A stretch of 64,000 bases of DNA. It comes from Callorhinchus milii (taxonomy: Eukaryota). Positions 11,730-22,720 of the stretch are shown in pieces. Made by a program: the position numbers and the translations under genes. How positions within the stretch are numbered: position 1 is the first letter of the stretch; the number at the start of each line of letters is the position of its first letter. The stretch lies in NCBI RefSeq assembly GCF_018977255.1, contig NW_024704743.1, positions 110,796,001-110,860,000 on the forward strand, given 5' to 3'. The notes below the pieces were generated by a model that had not been told where the DNA came from, searched no databases, and saw only the letters and a list, made by a program, of their open reading frames with translations.

Positions 11730-12689
11730 GTATGTTATTCAGTCCCATAACATTGTCTCATGCTACAGTCACATAATCACTTGGTTTTTACTTACCTCTT
11801 TCAGCTCTGGGGTTACAAATACTTAGGAGATACCATGACATTCCTGATCAGATAATCCTTATCCACCATCGATTGTCCCAGACTTCATTTATTTCTCTTT
11901 CACTTAGCGTAGAACCATAGCAATTTATTACACAGAAGAAGTCCATTATTCCCATTGTGTCTGTGTTGTCTCTTTTAAAAAATATCCTTTTCAGTCCCAT
12001 TTGCCTGTCCTTTACCCATAGCCTTGTGATTTTCTCATTCTTATATATATGTATGTATACAATATGTGTGTTTGTGTGTATGTGTAAGAAAAATACGGGA
12101 AAGCATTTGATCAAGAAGGGAAATGCAAGGAAAGCTGATTTCTACAATTAAATTTCCACAGTAATAACATTACTGTAAGTGAAAGAGCACTGAGTGAAGT
12201 CTGAAAACAGTTTTCTCTTAAGTGAGTCCCGACCTTGACTCCAGTCCATTTCAGTGGTGTGAAGAATGGGTGTGGTGGGGTGTGTGGGGGTAGAATAAAA
12301 TAAATACGTTTAAAAATAAATCAAAATAAATAATAATCTCTCCATTCAATATAACGCCTTATCACGTTGTCAAGACGTCTCAACTTGCTTCACAGGAAAG
12401 CTGTTTTTTGTAGGACCCACCCTGTGGTGAAGTGTTGTAGTCGGCAGCTCTGTATTCAGCTGGAACTCGTGGTGAGGTTTGGCGGTTTACTGCTGAACAG
12501 CCACTTGGAACAGAATACCATTCAATACCGACACCTCACTCAATCTGCTGGAGGGGAAGGGTTAGCGTTGGGAGTGTAAGAGTAGAAGAGGGGAGTTGTA
12601 TCAAGTGGGGAGATTGTTAGTATTTTTACTGTTGAGTTGGGGACGTTCATTCTTCCTGGATCTCTTTCCTACTATGTGATTCCAAATAA

Positions 12690-12870
12690 GGGTCATAATC
12701 CCTTTTAAAAAAAATTGGGCACTCGATCCCAGACTGTTTGTTGGACATTGCTGCGACGTTTCTCCCACAAGATATACAGTCAATTCACTTTACAGTATAT
12801 TCTGTGAAGCTCTTTGTTGTTGTTGTCTCAATGATAAGGCGCTATATCCAATGCAAGGATTATTATTATT
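12690..12870 (+). mobile_element. SINE 3' half
   Basis: Shared tail cagtcaattcactttacagtatattctgtgaagc...gcaaggattattatt. Confidence 0.75.
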
Positions 12871-12947
12871 CCCAAACCTGTCGATAATTATTCAAGCTGG
12901 GTTTAGATTGTGATTTGCAATTTTACTAGCATCATCTTGTGTAACAG

Positions 12948-13183
12948 ATGGTGGCCTGAGCAGCTCTTGGAAAGATGTCCCCAATATGTCATCGAGCTAC
13001 AGCAGCAGCGGGAACTGGAGCTGGGGGGCCCCGAGCGACCAGTCAAACCCGTCCACCCCATCACCGCCCCTCTCTGCAGACAGCTTCAAGCCATTCCGTC
13101 CTTCCTTCCAGCCGGACGACAGCATCGATGAAGCCGACTCCAGCCACCTGCTGTTTGATGAACCCATACCCAGGAAAAGAAAG
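12948..13183 (+). CDS. ZNF704: ZNF704-like exon, Ser/Pro-rich: [50 protein letters not shown]...[12 protein letters not shown]
   Basis: Acceptor gtaacag|at, donor aag|gtgggt, 236 nt. [22 protein letters not shown] and [12 protein letters not shown] match ZNF704 as I recall it. Confidence 0.93.
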
Positions 13184-13506
13184 GTGGGTGTCAACAACAA
13201 CAACTTGCATTTATATAGCAACCTGCGGGTGGGGTAGTGTCCTGGAACGCTCAGTCCACTGCGGCCAGCTCTGTTTCCTCATTCACGTCTTTGTCACTGC
13301 CAGGGGAGTCCCTCTGACTCTCACTCTCTTTCTCTCTTCCTCTCCACTTTTAAAACATGCCTCAAGGCTTACCTCTTTGACCGTGTTTTCTGTCGTCTTC
13401 TTCCCCACCCCTCCCCCCCTCCTCCCTCCCATCACCACCAGCTCGAGGGTCCAGCCAGCTATTTAAAGTACTTTGGAATACTACTGTAGACAATTACAAT
13501 GTCTAC

Positions 13507-13975
13507 CTGGCTCAGTGGTACTCTCTGAGTCAGAGGTTCGTGGTTCAAGCCCCATATCAGGGCTTGTAATCACATTGGCTAAGCTGACACTCCAATACAG
13601 TTTATTGCAATGTTGGATGTGTCATCCTGCGGATAAAACGTTAAACTGTTCAGCTGAATGTCCTTCCGATCTGAAAGTCTCTATACGGACGTAATTTGTT
13701 GTTATTGTTGTTGTTGATGTTAAAGATCCCATGGCGCCATTCGAAATGAGAAAGGAGTTTCTCCCAGTGTCCTGGCCAGGAATCCACCATAATAAAATTG
13801 GTCACTTACTCCACGGCTGTTTGTGGGACATTGTTGTGTGCAAAAGTGGCTGCCACATAATATCCCTACAAATACACATGGTCAATCCACTTTACAGTAT
13901 ATACTGTGAAGCGCATTAACACACCTCTTTGATGTTGTAAGGCGCTATATCAAATGCAAGGCTTATTATTATAAT
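13507..13975 (+). mobile_element. Old DeuSINE-like element, near full length
   Basis: Head ggctcagtggta...ctgagtcagagg...ggttcaagcccc, central gatgttaaagatcccatggc...gtgtcctggcca, shared tail. Confidence 0.75.
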
Positions 13976-14246
13976 ACCAATTTATATTTATATAGCATGT
14001 TTCATGTCAGGAGGACAGGGCATTGGACAGTGTAACGGAAATATACAAAGAGAAATTATGTTATATTGTAACTGTTGAGTGTTTTCGTGCTAATGTGGAC
14101 TGGTTCCTAGCTAGATTCCAGCTGGATTGGCATTCCCTAAAGTGGATTAATCCCAAAGATATGGAAGCTGCACTCTCCTCCAGGGCTAGAGCAGATTCCC
14201 GAGAGCACATCAGTCTGTTAATTTGCTCTTTGCCTTTATCTTGCAG

Positions 14247-14347
14247 AATTCCATGAAGGTTATGTTCAAATGCTTGTGGAAAAATTGTGGGAAAGTACTC
14301 AGCACTTCCACAGGGATCCAGAAACATATTCGCACCATTCACTTGGC
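14247..14347 (+). CDS. ZNF704: ZNF704-like exon encoding the C2H2 zinc finger: [33 protein letters not shown]
   Basis: Acceptor tttatcttgcag|, donor gc|gtaagt, 101 nt. C-x4-C-x12-H-x4-H finger. Confidence 0.95.
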
Positions 14348-14399
14348 GTAAGTCACTTCTGACAGGATGTTTACTTCACTGAAGGTTAAAGCGCTAACC

Positions 14400-15310
14400 T
14401 AGAATACACAGCACAGAAACAGCCCATTCGGCCCAACTGGTCTATACCGGAGTTTATGCTCCACATGAGCCTCCTCCTGGCCTTCCTCAACTAAGCCTAT
14501 CAGCATAACCTTCTATTCCTTTCTCCCTCATGTACTATATATATATCTAGCTTCTCCTTAAATGCATCTATGCTATTCGCCTCAAGTACTCCTTGTGGTA
14601 GCAAGTTCCACATTCCCACCGCTCTCTGGGTAAAGACTTCCCTATTTGATTTATTGGTGACGATTTTATATTTATGGCCCCTGGTTTTGGTCACCCCCAC
14701 AAGTGGAAACATTTTCCCTATGTCTATCCTATCAAAACCTTTCACAATTTTAAAGACCTCTATTAGGTTACCCCTCACCCTTCCCTTTTCAAGAGTAATG
14801 AGTCCAAGATTGTTCAGCCTTTCCTGATAGGTATAACCTCGCAGTTCCGGTATCATCCTTATGAATCTGCTTTGCGCCTTCTCCAGTTGCCTCTATATCC
14901 TTTCTGTAATATGTGGACTAGAACTGTACACAATACTCCCAAGTGTGGTCTAATCAGGGATTGATATAAGTTTAGCATAACTTCCTTGCTTTTTATATCT
15001 ATCCCTCTAGAAATTAACCTCAACACTTGGTTTGCTTTTTTTATAGCCTTATTAATCTGCGTCGCTACTTTTAGCGATTTGCTTATTTGTAGCCCTGGAT
15101 CCCTTTGCTCCTCTACCACATTTAGATTCTTATTTTTCAGGCAGCATGTGAGCTCCTTATTCCTCCTACCAAAATGTACCACTTCACACTTGATGTTGAA
15201 ATTAATTTGCCAATTAAATGCCCTTTCAACAAATTTGTTAATGTGCATAAACAAGTTTAGCATAACTTCCCTGCTTTTCATTTCTAACCCTTTATAAGAA
15301 ATTAACCCCA
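14400..15310 (-). mobile_element. 5'-truncated CR1 LINE (ORF2 C-terminus and 3' UTR)
   Basis: Minus translations KCEVVHFGRRN, EVMLNLYQSLIRPHL, MIPELRGYTYQERL, RGNLIEVFKIVKGFD, TRGHKYKI are typical of CR1 ORF2. Confidence 0.9.
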
Positions 15311-15477
15311 TTTCTCTGCCATTTTGCTAGTTCACAGTAGCTTATTATCTTACTGTTCCCAGTACCCCACCTTTCCTCCACTTCCCACCATTATAAGTAT
15401 CTATCTACAGTGTATTTCCCTTTTCAACATGCCTTTTAACTCAGTGTTTGATATGACAAGCTATGTGTTTTTAACCC

Positions 15478-15705
15478 ATTAAACTCCAGCAGTACCTCAA
15501 TGCACACTGTTCCTTCCAGTGTGAGGTAAGCCTGCTCTGCCATTTTGCCATTAAGCAGGGGGCATCCCTCCGGGAAAAGAGTACCCGTATAGGGTTACAG
15601 ACAATGGGGAAATTTGCACGTGCCAGTGGCGTATACATGTGGATCTCTCAATCTGGTTTGGATACTCTTAAGCAAGGTGATTGGGATCCACATGTGTCAG
15701 ATACC
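15478..15705 (-). repeat. Family X copy
   Basis: aaactccagcagtacc...ctctcaatctggtttggatactcttaagca matches 56309-56506. Confidence 0.6.
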
Positions 15706-16589
15706 CGGCTGGAATTTAAGCGCTTTGAAATGTTACCCAGCGTGGAGGGCACTATATAAGTGCAATTTGTAGTTGGCTGACCCCCTCCCCCAAAAATCAA
15801 TAAATATTAATTAGTGTTGGCTTAGTAATCACCATGAACACAAGCCAACAATATAAACTCTTTAAAGAACACCCCTCATATGATGAGACGTACACAATTC
15901 AGGTCAGCTGACGCTCATCTGCTATAATCTAGAAAAATGCCTTTCCAACCCCTTGCCTTTTGAGTAGCACCTCTTTTAGGGCCTAAAAATATAGCTAATC
16001 TGCTACAGTACTTGGATTCAGCGTAGACGTCTGGTCGCTCTCAGTATCTTTCAGAAGACCGAAGTTATTAAAAGATGCCACAAGCTCAATCCCGTCAAAG
16101 CACAATCAGTTAATTGACAGGAGGGAAGAATTTTATAATTATAATTTTAGCTTTAATCATTTTAAAAGGTAGACTTTCTTGAAGGTGACTGACTGAATTC
16201 ACTTGTGGGCCTGATGTAGTTGCGTGGTGCAGCTTTGACTGACATTCACAGACCACTTGCTTTTTGTCCAAAAGCTTCAAATAGCCTGAGAAGCATGGGA
16301 TTTGAGTCCTTTAAACTGTAAGTTATAAACCTGATTTCTTCTGAGCAAAGTAGATTTCCCTTTGTCGCAGGGATATTGGATTCTTTAAACCACTTCTCGG
16401 GATCTGTGTGATTAACTCCTGGGATCACTGCCGACTTCTAGCCATCTGTTCACACACAGGTGCCAGATCATTGCCATCTATTTGATGAGCACACATGTGC
16501 AGGCAGATTAGCAACACAACTAGGCCTCTTATTAACTCTTTACACGTCTCATATTTGTGGCCCCGTACGACGCTAGGCGAGACCAGTGG

Positions 16590-16850
16590 GTATGTCTCCT
16601 GGTCATTGATTCCCCCAAATAAAATAGGTTGTTCACTTCATGTCCCGCTTTTCAGGCTGCGAATTATGCACTTAAAACTTGAGGTGACATTAACGTGGTG
16701 TGGTCAATCTGTGAGTAAATTGGCTGCCAGGTTTGCCTACAAAATACAGTCACTACACTTTAGAGTAAAGCCCGTGAAGAGCTTTGAGACGTCTCAGAGA
16801 TGTAATAAAGTGTCATATCAAATGCAAGGATTCTAAGGATTATTATTATT
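16590..16850 (+). mobile_element. SINE 3' half carrying a 69-bp non-SINE insert (16640-16708)
   Basis: SINE consensus on both sides (…gttcacttc | ctgtgagtaaattggctgcc…gattattatt). Confidence 0.7.
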
Positions 16851-16960
16851 CAGGTTAAGTGCAATAACGGGGTCTCTGTTTTGCTAACAGCTCCTGTTAT
16901 AATTGTGCTTTTCACTGATGCTGAATGAAAATTGTACTTTTTTCCATCGCCCCCTCTCAG

Positions 16961-17222
16961 ACGCAATGGAGAATCCGACTACAGTGACGGGGAAGAAGAT
17001 TTTTACTACCAGGAGATTAAACTGAACACGGATTCTGTAGCTGAGGGCCTGGGAAGCCTTTCTCCGGTATCGCCATCTGTGGCCTCTCCGCCTACGCTCA
17101 CCAGCCTGGATTCAGGGGCATTGGACATCAGCACGGTAAACACAGAGACCAAGTCTACAACTCCGCTCAGTCGCTCAGCACCAACCTGCCTCTACCTCGT
17201 CCACACTGACCATGCTTACCAG
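16961..17222 (+). CDS. ZNF704: ZNF704-like exon: [30 protein letters not shown]...[21 protein letters not shown]
   Basis: Acceptor cccctctcag|a, donor cag|gtactg, 262 nt. Family motifs SDGEEDFYY and DHAYQ. Confidence 0.95.
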
Positions 17223-19122
17223 GTACTGAGCCATGCGTGGAGACAGGTTTTGTGAAGTGTTGAGGTTTCAGTATATACAGTACTATAGTTTAACGTGTGA
17301 GAAGAACGTCCAACAACATTGCTTCTTCTGTAATGATAGGGAATGATTGTAAATGGATAGGTCCAGAGGCAGGATTGCTACCTCTTTAGCCATTGCTGCT
17401 TTCATTCCCCCAGTCTTGTTTGCTGAGCCCTTCCTTTCCCCCTCAGTGAGGTTGTTTTGCCCCCTTGCAGCCCAACCACAATGGTTTCATCCCCTTTTCC
17501 ACAAGTTAATTTTCTGAGCTCTTCGGCTGTGCTTTCAAACTTCCTCTCCTTCCTGCTCGACTCACATCACCATTGTGAAGCACTTTGCAAAATGTGAACG
17601 GAGCTACAGGAACGGAACTGCGTTTCACTCACAAAATAAACAGTCACTACACTTTATAGTACAATAAAATGAAAACAACAATTTTCCAATGGCTGAGAAT
17701 TGACCACACCATGTCAATGTCACCTCAGGTTTTAAATCCAAATGACGCAGCTCGAAAAGTAGGACATCGCTGAGGGTTTGCATAATACAAGACCACCTTT
17801 TCATAATGTAACATGCTGATGATCAGACTGGTTTACTTCACTGGGGAGGTGGAGGGAAGGAGGGAGAGAGGGAGGGGAAACCTGACTAAAGCTCACAGAG
17901 CACACACAGCTTGAAAGCATAAATAACAGGCCGGGAAATCAATTACTGGCCATGGTTACAATCACTTTCATGACAGCCCTAATAATATGGTTCAAGTGAT
18001 CCTTTGAATAGACTAGAATAGTCACACAGGGAATTGTTGAATGTGGTGAAGGGTTGGCTCTGTTTTCCTAAACAGCGACCATGTTTCCCTCACATGAAGC
18101 TCTGTGTAAATTTAACGTCATCGTTCAGAAGAGTGTTTTGCGTGTATCATGGAACCTTTTGGAGGCCGGTGTTTTTAGGTGAAAAGAGTTTTGCTGTAAT
18201 GGAAGTAGTAGGATGAGCTGATTCCAGGATTTAGCTGTCATTAAAGAAAAGATGTGGTTTTTACTCCAGCTGAGGAAGGGGAGAGATTTTCACTTGTTTA
18301 TTATTATTATAACAGTAATCCTTGCATTTTATATAACGCCTTATCACGTCATCGAGCTGTCTCAAAGCACTTCACACGATATATTGTAAAGTGGTTCTGA
18401 CTTGGTGTATTTTGTGGGCGAACACGTTTAATTCTAACCTTTCATTCAAACCCCAGATGGTAGATTAATTGATTGGACTCACCCACTGCCTGAAATAAGC
18501 AAAACTACGAAGTCCCAACTAAATGAAATCATGAACTGTGATCACGGGCGGTGGATTTTCAGCATTTACGAATTTCTTCATAGCACATAATATCCTTGGG
18601 CTACAGTATATAGTTTGTGACATGATATGTGAATGCGGATGCCAGCATGTGGAAGGTAAACTGGATGGACCTTGGTCTTGTTTCATCTAGCAATTCTTAA
18701 GTTCTTATGTTCACATTGGGCACTGGCTGTGCTTTTACATTGCCAGCTCTAATGGAATTCAAATCAGTCTTGACTAAGAAATGCTCTTTGATCTGTTTAC
18801 CAAGAAAAAAATATTAAAACAAAGGGAAGTGAAACCTGGAGAGAGCCCCAGGTTGAGATAGTTCTGGCCTCCAGTCTGGATATCACGGTGAGGGCTGATG
18901 CTCCTCACAGCTTTGAGTGTTATGTTTAACAATCACAGAGTAATGAGTATTCCGCATGTGTTGCTGGTGAACATTTGACATGTTGGCTTACAAACTGGTT
19001 GCCCTTAGGATTTTGGAAGTGGAGTGCAAAGAGATAGATGCTCTCACTGTGACAGTACGTTTAGTGCACAATGACAATGCTGCTCATGATGGGAAATCTC
19101 ATTAGTTGAGATCATCAAAATT

Positions 19123-19415
19123 ATAATATAATCCTTGCATTTGAACACAGCAGCCAATTGCGCACAGCAGTTTCCCACAAACAGGCATGGATTGAGTGAC
19201 AACTTCTTTTTATATTATTTTTTTGGAAGGGATTATCACCCGTGGAAAAACAACCCGTCAATCGACTAACAAATGGGTTCCTGTTTACTGCTAGGTAAAA
19301 ACAGAGACGTGTGGAGTAAGGAAACTTGCTCAACATTTCGCCCTCTCCGAGAATCAAACCCAGGTCCTCTCCCTTGCAAGGCGAATGCTCTAATCAATAC
19401 ACTACAGGAATCCAT
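19123..19415 (-). mobile_element. tRNA-headed SINE, internally deleted
   Basis: Reverse complement of head (ccttgcaaggcga...ctacagga), body and ATT tail. Confidence 0.8.
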
Positions 19416-20751
19416 GAATTGAGTCTAACTAAACACGTCACACTTGATATATTTACCACTTCACCTCCCTGTGACAGTATAACAAAGCGCTGTCATACTC
19501 CCAGGTTTGAACTCATCATTTTTTACATTTATTCTTTAATGTTGGTTTCTGAATCTGGATTTCTCTTCAATTAAAATAAATCAATGGAGTCTGGACAACA
19601 CAGCGGATTGCATCGGTTCCCATTTACCCCTGAATTGAATCCAGCCAGGCGTCATGAGCATTTAGAATCTCTCTCTCTCTCGGCTATTGAAAAGTTAACT
19701 GAGTTTGGACAGTTCACTCCACTTTCTGGTGAGAGTGAATCCACAGAACAAAGCTTTCCATTATTTGGGTACTAAATTGGCAGCTTTATTTGGAGAGACC
19801 ATGGGGATGGCAGGCATGTGAAATGGAAATCTCATATTGGCCTGAAGTGAAAGAATTCCTCTTCAGAACATTAGAAGAGAATCTGGAAGAGGAAATTTCA
19901 CTCTGCCTCAGACACAGTGCTGTGCCTGAGCTGGCAGAGCCTAATCCTGACACAAGGTGATGATGATGATAATAATAATAATAATAAACCTTACATTTGC
20001 TATAGCACCTTATCAAGTTGTCGTGAGGTCTCAAGCACCTTGCAGAATTTATTGTAAAGTGATGCAACTGTGTATATTTTGTGGGCAGTTTTGCAGCAAC
20101 AAAAAAAATACTGTGTTTACTTCCCAGCATTGATACCGTGTATCTTGTGCTTCTCAGCAGCCAGTTGCATTGTCAACCACAGAGGGGGCATGGGGAAAGG
20201 GCAGGTAAATGGGACTGAAAGGATTGCTTTTAAAGGAGCCGGTCCAGAAGCAATGTGCCTAATGGCCTTCTTCTAACTACAACAACAGTAAATTGTCTTT
20301 CATGTCCAGAGGATTTCCCAAGGCATTGGACAACCGAGGGTTTGCACCAGAGGTAGGGGTTAGATTTGGGACGGGTGGGGGATGGTGAGGAGAAATGAGC
20401 GAAGGCACCAGAATTTGCCACAAGTCTATTTGCTTCCAAATACAAACAAATGTTTCCTTTTCTGTGATAATTGACAGAAATAATCCTTCAATGAGATCAA
20501 AGTACCCTCTTTTTCCCTCCTCCCTCAGTTTTTATGCCTCACAGAGTTTATTCCAGCCATCGATCATGGCCTTTCTTTGGTCAAGAAGGATGGTGAGAGA
20601 CCTGATGTTCTCAGGCACCCAGATATCTATGTGAAGCGGTTTGAGGCATCCCCTCGATGTGAAAATTGCCATAAAAATGTAAATTGTTGTCGTTGGTATT
20701 CTCTTAAGAGCATGCATGTAACATTTACTGTAACAGTTTTCTCCCTCACAG

Positions 20752-20853
20752 GCCACAGCACCAGTCAACATTCCAGCATCCAAGTTCACACCCAGCAGCA
20801 ATGGGTTCAGCATTTCCTGGCAATCTCCACCAGTCACCTTCACGGGCATTCCA
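20752..20853 (+). CDS. ZNF704: ZNF704-like exon: [34 protein letters not shown]
   Basis: Acceptor ctccctcacag|, donor cca|gtaagt, 102 nt, phase 0-0. [16 protein letters not shown] motif. Confidence 0.93.
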
Positions 20854-20934
20854 GTAAGTACGAGGGGCTTAAAGATCTGCAAAGGGCCACAGCTCTCTAC
20901 AGTTGCTGGAGCTTTAATGGGTGGGCTGTGGGAG

Positions 20935-21230
20935 GAATTAAGTGAACTGAGAACAATACTTTCAGACACGCAAAGACAGTAGAATAAGAGAGCACAAGTT
21001 TAGGGCACGAGTTGCAAAAGGCAATTTTCAGGACAAATACCAGGAAATATTTATTTACCCAGAGGGTAATTAATGATTGGAACAGGTTGCCAGGAAGGGT
21101 GGTTGAGGGCAGGATACGGAGCTCATTTATGATGACCACAGGGTGCATGGACAGTAAGGTGGGTATGATGGAAAGAGAAAGATCAGATCAAATGGGCTGA
21201 AGGGGCTTTCTTCCTCCCAACCTCTTGTGA
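20935..21230 (+). mobile_element. Old CR1 3' fragment
   Basis: FRTNTRKYLFTQRVINDWNRLPGRVVE, the CR1 ORF2 C-terminal motif. Confidence 0.75.
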
Positions 21231-22309
21231 ATTCTGCGATGATCATGTTTGAAAACAGTACTGCAATTTTTCAAAGAGTTTTAATAGCATTGCCAAAAGG
21301 TACTGATCTATTTTTTTCCAGAGAACGTAACATAAATATACAGTATGTGTAAACTTCACCAATATTCAGCCCCTCCAATGACTATGTGGGTAAAGCTACT
21401 GGCCAATGTGATAACTGATCTTAGGTTCTGTCCTGGTCCAGGTTAGATTAGTTGATATCAGCTGTTTTGCCTGTAACATTGGTACAATTTCTCCTTAATG
21501 CACTTGGACTTGGGGGTGAGGAAGGTCAGCCAAGGTCACTCGCTATGGATTGCTTTGAGTGACAGCTGCCGTATGGTGGACATGGACATCACAGGGTGAA
21601 ATTTCGCTGATCTTCAACTTACCAATCGCGTTTGCTTTTTGGGGCTTATAAAAAAGGGGCAGCATTTTATTTATAACAACGGACCACCAAGGCTGGTATC
21701 TTTAACAGTCGGTGGAATTTCACTCCATGGCTGAGGATAAGATTGGGCTGTGCACTGATTGGGTAGGGGGAAGGACTCTCCTTGTTTTATTCTGTGATAT
21801 TTTTGTTTGGGGGAGGGTACGGTTTGATTCGCTTTAGTTTTGTTATGCTGCTAAAAGTGGGAACACTAGGGTTCAAAACGGACTCCTGGCAACATTTCCA
21901 GTTTTCCATTGACTTGAATCTGGTTTAGTTGTAAGGATGGATGTGATTTGCGCTGGGGGCCCTAAGCTCTGCCCCTCCTGCACTCGTCCAAGGTTATTTG
22001 GGTCAACTCCAATATCAGTTGCACAGGAGCCTGTCTCAGCAAACACTGCACCTCGCGTGTTAAAGAGAGTAGGTCAGAGTGCACAGGAAATCACAGCGTC
22101 TGCAGATATCTGAACTAGGAGAAGCCTTGATCACTTTTTTTTTACAGCAAAATTAATTGTATGTTTTTTTTGTTTGAAAAAAAATCATTGTTTTATTACA
22201 GCAGTTTTGTTTTAACCAATGACAACCCAGGCTGATATAGAAGGTGGGAGATTCAAATGCACTCTTCAAGAAAACAGATGTAAACAGTTGAGTATCTCAT
22301 ACTGGGTAT

Positions 22310-22720
22310 GTCAGCTTGGCCCAGTCGATAGCACTCTTGTCTCTCAGTCAAAAGGTTATAGGTTCAAGCCCCACGTCAGGACTTTGAACTCGTATAGTCT
22401 ATGCTGACACTTCGATACAATCCTTGGGGATTGTTGCATTGGTGGAAGTGCCTTCCTTCGGACAAGATGTTAGACTGTTCAGGTGGATGTTCAAGATCCC
22501 ATTGCACTATTCGAAAAGAGAATGAAATGTCTCACTGTGTCTTGGTCAACAATATCCCTAAATAAAACTGGTCATTTGTTTCATAGCTGTTTGTGGGATA
22601 TTACTGTGTGCAAATTGTGTTTGCCTACAAATACAGTCACTTCACAATAAATCCTGTGAAATGCTTTGAGATATCCTGACATGAAAGGTGCTGTACCAAA
22701 TGTAAAGAATATTATTAATA
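22310..22720 (+). mobile_element. Old DeuSINE-like element, near full length
   Basis: tRNA-like head, ctgttcaggtggatgttcaagatcccattgcactattcg central block, shared tail. Confidence 0.75.
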
